Below are positions 1-12,200 of a stretch of 45,534 nt of DNA, one piece after another. Source of the stretch: Octopus bimaculoides (taxonomy: Eukaryota); contig NC_068988.1 in assembly GCF_001194135.2 (NCBI RefSeq), positions 60,530,753-60,576,286 of the forward strand, written 5' to 3'. The position numbers were made by a program, and so were the translations under genes. Every line of letters starts with the position of its first letter. The stretch's first letter is position 1. The notes under the pieces were generated by a model. The model saw only the letters and a program-made list of their open reading frames with translations, had not been told where the DNA came from and searched no databases.

Positions 1-189
1 CTCTTTCTCTCTCTCTGAAAGTATCGAAATGTGATTGTTTCAGTTAGTGGAATAACGTGTACATATACATCTATATGTATACATATACATCTCTCTCTCT
101 CTGAAAGTATCTGTCATTACAGTATCGAAATGTGATTGTTTCAGTTAGTAGAATAGTTTCATTTTCAAAGTGAAAGTATTTGACATGAG

Positions 190-421
190 TGTTTTTGTTT
201 CACTTTTGACACGTAATACTTAAATAGTGGAGGAGATATTATGTTGCTGTGGGCTCGAACTCTGGAAGAAGTTAAAATTGTTTTTGACTAAAACACAACT
301 GGAACCCTAAGTAAGGCATCTGTAATAAAATTTGAATGAAATTGGTTGCGTAGTTCTCGAGTTTTAGGGATTCACACAGACAAACAGACAGACACACATT
401 CTCATTTTTATATATATAGAT
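190..421 (+). mobile_element. 3' end of a Helitron-like element
   Basis: aaatttgaatgaaattggttgcgtagttctcgag...acaaacagacagacacacattctcatttttatatatatagat. Confidence 0.5.
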
Positions 422-1322
422 ACACATTTACAACACATGGTTAAGATAACCAGTAAGATGTAACGCAGTGAAATTCCCTTGGTCTCTTGAACTACAAAAG
501 TGTATGAATGTCAATTTTCTCAGCTCTACTCACACCAACTGTTCTTCATCGGAGTCATCCATTGGTATGTAGTCATTGTCTGAGGAATCATCACTGGATG
601 GCCATTCTGTGTACTGTGTTACCAAGATGGCACTCTTTTTTTTTTTCTTCTTGTTCTTTTGTTTGGTTTCCATCTGGTTTTAAAAGGAAAGAATTTCTAA
701 TAAACAAATGTGTTTTAAAGATATACAAATGCATTAATTGTGCAGAACGATTGAAACCCTAAACCATAGTCTTGCATTGATTTTGAAATATGGAAAGTTG
801 TGTACAATCAATATACAAGTAAATAAACTGCATGATTGTGTATATATATATGTACACTCAAACACATAAGAATACATTCATGCAGATGAATCATTATCAT
901 CATCTAATGTCCACTTTCCATTCTGGCATGGGTTGGTTAGTTTGACGGGAGCTAGCTAGGCAGAAGACTGCACCAGGCTTCAGTGTCTGCTTTAGCATTG
1001 TTTTTTTTTTTACAGCAGGATGCCCTTCCTAACTCCAGCCACCCTGCAGAATGGAATGAGTGCTTTTTACACGGCACCAGCACAGGTGAAGTCAGTTTTG
1101 GCATTGTTTTTACAGCTGGATGCCCTGCTAATTGTCAACCACTTTACAGTGTGGACCAGATGCTTTTTACATGGCATCAGCACTGGCAGGGTCACTAGAT
1201 AACTAGCCGTAGATCCTTTGAGAAAGGAGGAAGCACTGGAGGAGGTGGCCTTATGCCAAGTGATGAAAGGTTAGAGTGTGACAGAGAGAGAGAAACAGGT
1301 ATCTTGTTGTAGAGGAGAACAT

Positions 1323-1692
1323 TAAGTAGCTTGCTTACCAACCACATGGTCCCGGGTTCAGTCCCACTGCGTGGCACCTAGGGCAAGTGTCTTCTACTAT
1401 AGCCTCGGGCCGACCAAAGCCTTGTGAGAGGATTTGGTAGATGGAAACTGAAAGAAGCCCGTCATATATATGTATATATATATCTATATATATGTGTGTG
1501 TGTGTGTCTTCCTAACATCGCTTGACAACCGATGCTGGTGTGTTTAAGTCACCGTAATTTAGTGATGAGGCAAAAGTAACCAATAGAATAAGTACTAGGC
1601 TTACAAAGAATAAGTCCTGAGGTCGATTTGCTCGACTAAAGGTGGTGCTCCAGTATGGCCACAGTCAAATGACTGAAACAAGTAAAAGAGTA
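1323..1692 (+). mobile_element. SINE family A copy
   Basis: Collinear with 34562-34957, lacking the first ~20 nt. Confidence 0.88.
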
Positions 1693-1935
1693 TCCCACCT
1701 AATTCGATAGCAGAGCCTTAGATTCGATGTAATAGACTCACCCCTTCTCCGAAACTGCTGGCTTTCTGCCAAAATTTGAAACCATTACTCAACCGCTGAC
1801 AGTATTTAGCATGCTGGACAAAATGCTTAATGGCATTTCGTCCGTTTCCACGTTCTCAGTTTAAATTCCGCTGAGATCGACTATGGCTGTCATCCTTTCC
1901 GAATCGATGAAATAAGTAGCAGTACTATAGTAAAA

Positions 1936-2054
1936 ACGGTTATTGTTGGGCCAAAATTAGTGATTTAAGGACCTGAGTTTCGCATTGATAAGTGCCAATG
2001 CACAAATCTTGGGACTTCAGTCACTGTTATTTTTGCCGATTATTCATAATACAC
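1936..2054 (+). repeat. 119-bp direct repeat, copy 1 (copy 2 at 9577-9695)
   Basis: acggttattgtt...gattattcataatacac, with 3 mismatches between copies. Both are followed by (CA)n. Confidence 0.9.
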
Positions 2055-2075
2055 GCACACACATATATACACAAA

Positions 2076-2265
2076 TTGTTGTTGGCACTCCGTCAACGGA
2101 ACAGCCTGCTCGTGAAATTAACGTGCAAGTGGCAGAGCACTCCACAGACACGTGTACCCTTAACGTTGTTCTCGGGGATATTCATAGTGACACAGTGTGA
2201 CAAGGCTGCCCCTTTGAAATACAGGTACAACAGAAACAGGAAGAAAGAGTGAGAGAAAGTTGTGG
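2076..2265 (-). mobile_element. SINE family B 3' half
   Basis: Matches the family B body and tail. It is cut off next to the TIR element at 2275. Confidence 0.85.
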
Positions 2266-2274
2266 TATACATCT

Positions 2275-3188
2275 GGGGGTGGAGATGGAGTATACGTAAT
2301 CTGGGTNNNNNNNNNNNNNNNNNNNNNNNNNNNNNNNNNNNNNNNNNNNNNNNNNNNNNNNNNNNNNNNNNNNNNNNNNNNNNNNNNNNNNNNNNNNNNN
2401 NNNNNNNNNNNNNNNNNNNNNNNNNNNNNNNNNNNNNNNNNNNNNNNNNNNNNNNNNNNNNNNNNNNNNNNNNNNNNNNNNNNNNNNNNNNNNNNNNNNN
2501 NNNNNNNNNNNNNNNNNNNNNNNNNNNNNNNNNNNNNNNNNNNNNNNNNNNNNNNNNNNNNNNNNNNNNNNNNNNNNNNNNNNNNNNNNNNNNNNNNNNN
2601 NNNNNNNNNNNNNNNNNNNNNNNNNNNNNNNNNNNNNNNNNNNNNNNNNNNNNNNNNNNNNNNNNNNNNNNNNNNNNNNNNNNNNNNNNNNNNNNNNNNN
2701 NNNNNNNNNNNNNNNNNNNNNNNNNNNNNNNNNNNNNNNNNNNNNNNNNNNNNNNNNNNNNNNNNNNNNNNNNNNNNNNNNNNNNNNNNNNNNNNNNNNN
2801 NNNNNNNNNNNNNNNNNNNNNNNNNNNNNNNNNNNNNNNNNNNNNNNNNNNNNNNNNNNNNNNNNNNNNNNNNNNNNNNNNNNNNNNNNNNNNNNNNNNN
2901 NNNNNNNNNNNNNNNNNNNNNNNNNNNNNNNNNNCCCCCCCCCGCCGGTTTTATATAGAACCACAGGGTAAACCTAATCCTAACTCAAACCCTAACCCTA
3001 ACTCTAACCTTGGCTGTTACTTCTAGCATATAAATAGCCTGCTTCGTGGGGCGGGGGGATTGAAATTTTTCAAAAATTTTTTTTTCAGAATCGGAATCTC
3101 CATAGCTTAAAACGTGGGATTCCGTAAAAAAAATTAATAAATAAGGGAGGGAAAGGTTCAGATTACATATAGTCCATCTCTACCAGCC
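2275..3188. mobile_element. TIR element spanning an N-gap, with degenerate telomere-like repeats
   Basis: gagatggagtatacgtaatctg (2282-2303) matches the reverse complement of 3159-3180 at 20/22. CCCTAA-like hexamers lie at 2971-3010. Confidence 0.55.
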
Positions 3189-4859
3189 TATCTCTCCCTC
3201 TCTATATATATACACACACGATTTTGGTCTGAGCTCTATTTTGTTTGCATCTACGAATATACATATATACTTAAATCTAACCCTACACGCTCAAACGGAT
3301 GGTATCCGTATTCTTTATCTTCAGATTTATGTATTTCTACAAACGATATATATATATATATCTGTAAAAATATGTGACACTTATAATTTTACAGATAAAT
3401 TCCTCGATTTGCATAATATCGAGGTCTCTTTCTTTTTTTTTTTTTTTGGTTGCCCTTCCTGTCAAATATATATATATATATATGGCAGGCTTCTAGGGTA
3501 TCAATCTATAAATATTAGGCTCAACAACTTCCCGTGTGTTAATAACATGTAAGTACTTTAAAAAAAAATGCCACAAACCTTATATGTAATTCGATCGAAT
3601 ATATGTATATATATTTATGAAAGTATAACAATGTAAAAGCATTAGTTTGTAAATATAAATGATAATGTTCAGATGGTTATATTGGTTATGTTTTTCTAAA
3701 TAGGTTTGTTTTAAAGAGGACTCTGAACATAGTTCTGATTTTAAAGAAAATACAGAAACGTTGGCTCACGATGCAGCAAAGCGAAAATACAAAATTTCCA
3801 ATGTTTATTCCAAAGACAGGAAGTGAATGATGCGCATGTCTAGAGTAGGAAAACGGCGGGAAAGAGAAAGAATGAAGTTGTAACAAAGGGGACACGAGGA
3901 GTGAGAGAGTTAGAAGGAAGAAGACGAAGGTTGTGGGGAAGTGGAAGCAAGAGGGAGAAAAATGGAAGTGAGTAGAAGGAAGAGTGTAAAAAGTGGAAGA
4001 GGGAAAGCAAAGGAGGAGAAAGGGAGGTGAAGAAAAGAAAGAGAAGAAGATTGTTTACATTGAAAATAAGATAATGTAAGGTAGTTACAGGGCTAGAAAT
4101 TTAAATCGATTCCAGAGTTACACTAAATGAATTTAAATTGAAACCTGGAATGATGAAAAGCAAATTGTGTCCTCAAAAGCGGGATTTGAATTCAAAACAT
4201 AAAAGGCTATGACAAATACTGGAAAACAATTGTTTTGCCAGTTTACCTATTTATTTTCACGTTATTTCTGCTGTGAAATTTCGTTACTAATGTGTAAAAG
4301 TATTAACAAAGAAAAATAAGAGGAAAATAAAAGATATGTTTATATTGGTAAAAGAATAAACAGAATCCGAGGAAAAGGAGGAAGACATTAAGAGAAAAGG
4401 GAGAATGAGATAGGATAACATTTGAGAAGAAGTGACAAGAAAAGGAGAAACAAAAAGTTTAAGGGAAGTAACTCTGTAAACAGTTTTTGAGAGTTGTATT
4501 CTAATTTTTTTTTTTTTTTTTTTTAAATAATCTGAGCAAATGCCTTTCCATCTCTGCTTCAAATAGTAGCTACTTCTTCAAAGTAAACTAAACTATCTTT
4601 AAGAATATGTGTGAATAATAGATGAGGGACTGTCACTATTGGAGCATATTCAATCAAAGGTTTGCTCACTCAGAACACACCTGAGACTAAATAAAACCAG
4701 TAGCAATTATCTATAATTTCTTTTGACTACTTAGTTCTATTGCAATTATTTAACCCAAGGGCGAGTAAACATATTAGTAAAGTTGGTCCAGTTTTTACCA
4801 TCTTTCTGGGTTTTTTTTCTTCCATCTGTAACCACGCATTTGTTGGCTACCACTATTAT

Positions 4860-5400
4860 AAGTCTCAGTATCAGAAGTGACATGACCACAACCATTGGTA
4901 GTTGTCTTTATCTGCTGTGGTCCAGCCGTGATTACCAAACTCCGAACTCCTTATCTTAGAATATCTATATTCTTCTATTTCAGTCCGTATCTACCCTGAT
5001 ATCTTTTACCTCCAGATAACTGTAAGTAGAATATTTGTTTCGGCATCAAACCGATTTTCTTCATTTTTTTTTCAAACATACTCAAGCCAACGAGGATTTC
5101 GTAGCTCCAAATTCTCTTCGGTGCCAGAGATAGGGATCTTCGCCTTCTCTGATATGCATGAAATATCGGGTGAATCATCATTTTTTTTTCCGGTTTGCGT
5201 TCACGCCTCTGATCCATATAATAAAATGGATAATACTACAACCCCGCTCATTTGCATTTCATGTGGAACAACACGTGCTTCTTGCCACATAGTTGTTCTC
5301 TCAACATCTTCTATAAGTCTGGCTGCATTCGCTCTCCTTGCAGTATAAGCTATCAATGAGCTTAACGTGATTACTGATGGTAATGCTTATATAGATAAAG
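4860..5400 (-). mobile_element. Decayed RTE LINE 3' region
   Basis: The minus strand gives LSILLYGSEA*T and MPKQIFYLQLSGGKRYQG, matching RTE motifs LLYGSETW and PKQIFYGEL..GKR. Confidence 0.7.
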
Positions 5401-5799
5401 TTGTTTGCGTCTCCTAGCTCCCATGATTCTATAACGACCTGTTCAATTTGTGTGATTTGATTCGTATCAAGTTTTGGCTGACAAAGAACTTTCGTCATCC
5501 GGATAGTTATTTCTAAGTCAAATCTTGTGGTTACACAATGGCAAGTGAACAGTATATCGGTAGAATGATTCGCGTTATTTGTTCCGATCGTCTGCGCGCC
5601 GACACTGAAATGTTGCCGAGGTCTACATTGCTTGTCATTCATTCTACGTTATTAAAAAAAAAAAAATACCTACAAATCTATGACGGTCAATTGGCTGAAC
5701 TACAGGAATATCGGATCTGTTGCCTTGCGATATTTATTCCGGCTCTTTGCGCTCTGAGTTCAAACCCATTATGGCTTACTTGAGTGGGAGACTTAATCC

Positions 5800-5992
5800 T
5801 GCACCTGGCATCTTGAATGATTTTAGTCCATTCTGTTGCACGCGTTCTTATTAGGTTTTCCGTCTGAGGATATCGCCCATCTTCCTTTCGTCTCTGAGAT
5901 TCCTGTAACGAGTCATGCGCATTGAATTCTCTCACCACTAATGGGGGTAACATATGTAGGTCCAGATAAAGATTTGCTGTAAAAACCCCCAA
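5800..5992 (-). mobile_element. Possible decayed LINE AP-endonuclease fragment
   Basis: LPPLVVREFNAH...DGRY..ENLI resembles LP.P..I.GDFNAH..WG...D.RG..IE.LI. Confidence 0.4.
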
Positions 5993-6559
5993 ATGTCATA
6001 CAATCATTTCAAACAAATAATGTCTATGAAACATAGCATGCCTTCTACACTATGGCAGACAATAGCCGCAATCATCCCCAAGTATAATTTCTTCCCCTAA
6101 ATTAAATGTTACCTTAGTCTTCACTTTAAGATGTTCTTCGAGTTAAATAATGCAAAGGGGTTAAAGTGGTGTGTTCACTTTATATAAAGACTAATAAATG
6201 AAGACGCATTGAAGAAGCTACTGTACGTGTTACCTACACTCTCTTTGTTTCTCACTACCATATGAATAAAACTATCAAACTTAGTCCCCTTACTTGTTTT
6301 TTTCTTAACACCACATCTCTATAAATAGTGATTCGGGAGCTACCAAAGTGCAACTTAATTTTGCGTACTTCATTTGACAGAATTGTTGGGTGTATAAATA
6401 TCCCAACTTTAGTGGGAAATTCTATAATCTATATTACATTATCTTTCTTGCTATGACGATATAGATTTGACAGTCACTCTCATTTATTTTCAAACATTCA
6501 CCCAGGAATATTGAAAAATGAAATTTTTGTTTCGTATGACAACACCTACACATTGTGGC

Positions 6560-6780
6560 TCATCTGTTATGGCGTTATTCGAAAAAGTAGTTGTGTAGAA
6601 AACATTATCACGGAAGGTAAAGCAGAGGGTTGTAGATCAAGAGGCAGATAAAGACCGCAATAGACGGACAATATCATGAGGGAGGCGGACAAGAATGGCA
6701 AAGCAGATCGAGACCTTGCGGTTCATCAGAAAGATTTTCGTAGTAGTGTCATTCATGCGCTGCAGATGTACGATACATGA
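6560..6780 (+). mobile_element. Decayed RTE LINE 3' end
   Basis: ENIITEGKAEGCRSRGR resembles the RTE C-terminal motif E.I..GK.EG.RSRGR. Confidence 0.55.
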
Positions 6781-7342
6781 CAAACGAAGTTGTTTAGTTA
6801 TCTCATAAAATCAAGTGTCGTAACTCGCAATAAATTTGTCCAAGTTATTTCCCTTGAAAACACAATTTTATTTATTCTGTTTTTGTTGTTCAGAGAGTGA
6901 TAAATTGGCTTTCAGCTAGGATGTATGGCGTTTATGAGTACGCACGAGCGTTAAGGAAGAAAGAGGGGGAGAGAGAGAGTTGATGTGCTTGGTCGAAGAA
7001 ATCGACCCCATTACTAAAACACAATTCAACAAAAAGAACAAAAAACACTTGCGCAAGGTGCCGCGTGGTGTGACTGAACCTAAACTTCATGGTTGCAACT
7101 CATAATGAAGGTTTCTACTTCTTACACATCGGCCTAACGTTCACACTGATAGTAAAAACTTTGTAGTATCTAACTGCGTTTGGTGCGCATTTTGGTTAGG
7201 CTGGGTTATATTCAAAGGTAAGTGAGTCTTATGTTTGGTATGCACCGAGATAACTCTAGACATGTTGTGGGTTGCATCAGACCGCTTCAGTGAGGCTTTT
7301 CTTTTACTTCTCTCGTGCGTAAGACAAAAATCACTTACAGTT

Positions 7343-7559
7343 CTATGAATTATGTACATTATTTACATTCGACTGATATTTGTCCTCATCTTGTTTGTTG
7401 TTAGCACAACATTGCGGCTGATATACCTTCCAGCCTTCATCAGGTGTCTTGGGTCGACTGTTTAAAATAGCGAACAATTCTCGATCTAACGATGGAACAT
7501 CTACCTGGTCACTTGACGTGCTACAAACAGCAACAAAATCTCCTTCAAATAACATCCTT
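7343..7559 (-). CDS. Putative exon 2 of an unidentified divergent gene
   Basis: Pyrimidine-rich acceptor tgtcttcttcatttaaatcag|A AGG ATG. One frame is open (RMLFEGDFVAVCSTSSDQVDVPSLDRELFAILNSRPKTPDEGWKVYQPQCC...NS*) in non-repetitive sequence. A strong donor ACT|gtaagtga follows at 7339/7338, with an alternative donor AAG|gtatat at 7427/7426. Confidence 0.38.
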
Positions 7560-8051
7560 CTGATTTAAATGAAGAAGACATTGGACAATATAGATATAGA
7601 TAAACAAATAAGATAGGATGGTTACAACTAGAATATCTTTGAACATCAACATTCTCGATTTCTCGATCAGAGTGGAACTAAACTACTGCTACCGTCATAA
7701 CTATAACAACCATCATCACCATCACCATCTGTACCAACCTATAACTGAGTACGTTGAAGATTCTCTACTATGTGTAAAACTAACTTCATCACCAGAAATA
7801 TGTGATTTCCTACATTCTAACATTTAATCGAAGCACATAAAACTGCACTCAAGTTGAAGATGAGACACGTTGTCTCTAGCTTTGGAGAAAGTTATACAAA
7901 ATATTTTGGAATCTCCATCAAATCCTAAAGCTTACACGTCAGAATCTTCGATGAGGTCATCAGAAGTCTATATCAATTCGAACTCGAGATATTATTTTAC
8001 AACTATTATGTTATCAGCCTCAACGTCTCTCTCTTCCTCACAGTCTCCCCC

Positions 8052-8084
<33 letters not shown>

Positions 8085-9120
8085 CCTCCCTTCCTCCCCC
8101 TCTTTCTCTCACTTTATATCTCAGTATCCGCTAATTGAATAGGCGGCTTATTGACCGACTGCATCATCTCCTCTAATCGCTACTATTTCTGCCTCACCAC
8201 ATCTAAACATTCCCGTCCATCATTATAGGCAATTTCTACATTAGTTTCGCCAACCAAACATACAGACCTACAAATGGGATTTTAGTCTCTTGGGTTTCCT
8301 GACATCATTCATGTGAACCAGCTGGAAAGCCAATTGCTCTGTAACTGCCACTCTTCCCCCCCCCCCGAGATATGCGAATGATATACACAACTTCACAACT
8401 ACTCGCGAAGAAGCTAACTCCTTATTTTAAACTTTTGCGACCATGATTCGCCCCCAGTATTCAGTACTCGACCTTAGAAAATCAGAAAAATCACAGTGAG
8501 ATGTGACAGTAACATCAAGCCCTACAAGAAAGCCGCTTGCAGAGATATATCTGTCAACCACACACTTACTCTCCCTTATCAGTGTAAAGGCCAGGGACGT
8601 TCGAAACGGATTTCCCTGTATCCACTATGCAGGAAGTGTGATATAATATTGAGTAATTTGTAGCACAGTTCCAAAAGCTAGTAGGAGTAAACGAATACCT
8701 CCATCTCTTAGTAATTATATTTAAGATCGAAAGCCCAAGAAATGGAACAATTCAACAGCTGTTTCTGGATGTTTCTACACATCAATGACAGCGCAACGGC
8801 TGTTATCAAGAAAACCATCCATAGGGAAGACTTAGATACACAGCTGACTCAGTCAGAGTCTTCCCTCCAGAAATGCCTATTGAGGAAACTACTCCTCGAG
8901 AATCGAAACCTATGCGTCATAGCCAACTGCCCCACCCGGGTACTTAATGTCATATGTTCATCCCTAAAATCAAAAGGCGATAAATGATGTGTGTTACGTC
9001 AACACCATTAGCTGAAACAAGTAAAAGAATAAAAGAAATACATACACACACGCACACACATGTACACTGATTTAAAATAGGAACTACAAATACTTTCTTG
9101 CTAATGAGGCACGTGGTTAG

Positions 9121-9269
9121 GTAGATTTTTATAACGTGCCCTTGTGTCTCCAAGCTATGTGCGGCCCCTGTGCACATGATTTGCAATAGTTGAAAAACAG
9201 GACAAGGCAGAACAAACCATCTACCTATAGCCTGGTATTGGAGACACAAGGCACGTTACAAAAATCTAC
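9121..9269. mobile_element. 149-bp MITE-like element
   Basis: ~32-bp inverted repeats: gtagatttttataacgtgcccttgtgtctccaa and ttggagacacaaggcacgttacaaaaatctac. Confidence 0.7.
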
Positions 9270-9576
9270 TGAATCACGTGTCTCAATGACAAGAAACTAT
9301 TAATAGATCTTATTTTTAAATGGTATACATTAAATTGATATTTATTTCTCAATAGTTTGCTGAATCAGTCATAAATTCATATGATAAATATGTATAATGG
9401 CAGCGAGGATTTAGCTAAACTACCCAGCGGTTGAATAGTCTCTACTGATAAGCTTGTAATTTTCAAGTGAAACTAGTCTAGTATAGTGATCTAGCTTCAC
9501 TGTGGGGCGGTTCTTCCCTGTCATTATATGAAAATGTGCTTTCTTGCGGCTCTAAGGGTTTTAAACTCTTATTTCC

Positions 9577-9695
9577 ACGGTTATTGTTCGGCCAAAATTA
9601 GTGATTTAAGGACCTGAGTTTCGCATTGATAAGTGCCAATGCACAAATCTTGGGACTTCAGTCACTGTAATTTCTGCCGATTATTCATAATACAC
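9577..9695 (+). repeat. 119-bp direct repeat, copy 2
   Basis: See 1936-2054. Confidence 0.9.
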
Positions 9696-9775
9696 ACACA
9701 CACACACACGTATATACATACATGTATATATTTTATAAATATACGTTTTGAATTCGTCAAGTCATATCGAAGGAT

Positions 9776-9812
<37 letters not shown>

Positions 9813-10495
9813 TGTAAATTTTTTAGGTAATACTTGATAAGTGTAAGCTCCTGTATATGCCGGATAGTGGCAGAGGTGAAAGAATATATTAAACGTAAAT
9901 TGAAAGCAGAACACACACGTACATATATATAGGTAATCTTCCAGTTTCGGGAGGTAAAAAAAGTAAATAAAAATACAAGGGAAATAACTTAACGTCTTAC
10001 TAGTATTATCCGTACTCTCCTCACCCCACCCGTTCGCGAGCGCGCATTTTTTTCTTCATATTCCTTCACAGCAAGTTGTTTTACACNNNNNNNNNNNNNN
10101 NNNNNNNNNNNNNNNNNNNNNNNNNNNNNNNNNNNNNNNNNNNNNNNNNNNNNNNNNNNNNNNNNNNNNNNNNNNNNNNNNNNNNNNNNNNNNNNNNNNN
10201 NNNNNNNNNNNNNNNNNNNNNNNNNNNNNNNNNNNNNNNNNNNNNNNNNNNNNNNNNNNNNNNNNNNNNNNNNNNNNNNNNNNNNNNNNNNNNNNNNNNN
10301 NNNNNNNNNNNNNNNNNNNNNNNNNNNNNNNNNNNNNNNNNNNNNNNNNNNNNNNNNNNNNNNNNNNNNNNNNNNNNNNNNNNNNNNNNNNNNNNNNNNN
10401 NNNNNNNNNNNNNNNNNNNNNNNNATATATATATATATATATATATACAAGTAAGAATGTAGTTAGGACAGATGAGATTTTGATAGTTATAATAC

Positions 10496-10557
10496 CTGTC
10501 GCATTGATGGTGGTAAACAGAAAACCAGGAAAGAAGTTCGATGATAATCATTCTCAT
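10496..10557 (-). CDS. Putative exon 1 of an unidentified divergent gene (MRMIIIELLSWFSVYHHQCD-R)
   Basis: ATG at 10557, 62 nt to GACAG|gtatta (phase 2). The phase is compatible with the 7559 exon and the exon lies head-to-head with STX8. Confidence 0.3.
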
Positions 10558-10559
10558 TA

Positions 10560-10801
10560 CGATGGAACCAGGAAGTGATTAAAGTTACAGATATCACAAA
10601 TCAGTATCATTATGGAAACAGAAAAATTAGCATATATTTTCTGTTATGCTTTTGACGGAAATTATTAACCACATTTATTAATCAACAAAGAAAGTTTTGG
10701 CAGTTTATTATTTTGTAGGAAGCGTTATGTCATAGGACCGCCGGTGTAAGCTAAACGAGTGCGCATGCCATTTTGTCTTCCATAAAGACAACAAGCTAAA
10801 A
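10560..10801. promoter_or_regulatory. STX8 proximal, possibly bidirectional, promoter
   Basis: CAGGAAGTG (ETS-like) at 10569-10577, TGCGCATG (NRF1-like) at 10760-10767 and GCCATTTTG (YY1-like) at 10767-10775, just upstream of the STX8 ATG. Confidence 0.5.
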
Positions 10802-10818
10802 ATGCCTTCCGATCCCTG
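10802..10818 (+). CDS. STX8: Syntaxin-8 coding exon 1 (MPSDP-W, phase 2)
   Basis: aaaATGCCTTCCGATCCCTG|gtgagt. It joins G|ATG of exon 2 to give MPSDPW, compared with human STX8 MAPDPW. Confidence 0.9.
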
Positions 10819-11983
10819 GTGAGTAGATTTTTAACCTGATTTTTATCATTATTATAAACAATCCTGGATTATTTCCTTCTAAATCTAGTAGTTATTTAAA
10901 CAGGACAGTTTCAGCTATTTTCAGTGCTATTCGTTTTACTATAACAGTTCCTCTCTCTTGTATATTAGGCGTCGCCTTCAGCTGTCTTCGTCCCGTGATT
11001 GTTTATTATTGTTGATAAAACAACAATCTCGTGATCATGTCTGGTAATCTCTACACATGACACTAAACTTGCTCTAAAGTCTATATGTTCCAGACACAAA
11101 GCCTACCTTAGACGTATCCTTTAACAGTCCAAGTCCGGATAACGAACTTGTTATTAAAGACGAAGATCCATTATATTTCAGGAACTATTTCCTTTGTGAT
11201 TTTCGGAAGATACAAGTCTAATTTCCTTTTAGCTTAACTCCAAACTCATATTTATTTACCATTATAACTCTTGTGTAATCTGTCTCTGGTGATCATTACA
11301 CTGTATTAGTTTATTTATAGCATGTTTATAATGTTTATTGTTAAAATAATATCGACTATGTTTATTGTCACCAGCTGACACAAACCAACGAAGGGATCCA
11401 CTATAAACGATTGCTTTACCTGCTTGGAATAGTGGATAGATCTCTTTCATATCACACCCTACAAACTTAGAAAAAAGACATATTAGGAAAAAACAAAATA
11501 AAAACGAATGAATAAATAAAAAAAGAAAAATGAGATGTTCATAGTTTGAACGCATTTGATAAGTTTGATCGATCGATCAGCGCTGAGCTGGATCAAAACA
11601 ACAACTATTTCTTAACTACAATCAAATAAAGGCTCCAATTGTATTTATCCATAACTTTCGATATAACGAACCTTAACATCTTAGGGGTAAGTAGCAATTT
11701 GAGAAGTCTGGGCTCAGCTGCGCCACGACTTCTTATTCCGCGTTTTAGGCGCAGCCTTGTTTCTAAGGGATCTCTCAGCGGGGGGCGTCACTCAGCTGAT
11801 CTGGTGGCTGTTTGTGGACTATACAATTACATTCTCTTGGAATTATAATAGGATTATGGTTGTTGTTATTCAATTGTTATGTTTCTCACCCCCATTCAAC
11901 TCTGATCAAACAGATCTATGGTCAAAGACATTCCAATCCTACGCTTTTAACAGCATCTAGGAATACATACGTTGTTTAATGTA

Positions 11984-12200
11984 AGGCTGCCAGCTGGCAG
12001 AATCGTTAGCACACGGGGCAAAAATGCTTTTGCAGTATTTTGTTCGTCTTTATGTTCTGAGTTCAAATTCCGTCGAATTCCACTTTGCCTTTCATCACTC
12101 CAGGGTCGGTAAAATAAGCACCAGCTGAGTACTGGAGTCGATGTAATCGACTTAAGCCTTACCCTGAAATTACTGGCGTTGTGTCAAGGTTTGAAGCCAT
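11984..12200 (+). mobile_element. SINE family F
   Basis: ggctgccagctggcagaatcgttagc...gagttcaaattcc...gatgtaatcgact. Other copies occur at 34276-34492 (-), 21650-21780 (-), 1790-1925 (+) and 25960-26067 (-). Confidence 0.8.

Noticed and set aside
1-155. Local duplication of ctgaaagtat...gtatcgaaatgtgattgtttcagttagt
   Set aside because: A short slippage-type duplication at the window edge with no functional signal.
520-625. Acidic minus-strand peptide EWPSSDDSSDNDYIPMDDSDEEQL with a GT|GTGAGT donor
   Set aside because: No acceptor (the upstream sequence is purine-rich). It could be a transposase N-terminal relic, but it is too short to call.
3480-3840. Possible + strand exons (donor 3549, acceptor 3702; VCFKEDSEHSSDFKENTETLAHDAAKRKYK...) and ETS/NRF1-like motifs at 3828-3840
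   Set aside because: No coherent multi-exon frame or recognisable protein. The upstream part looks like a decayed repeat.
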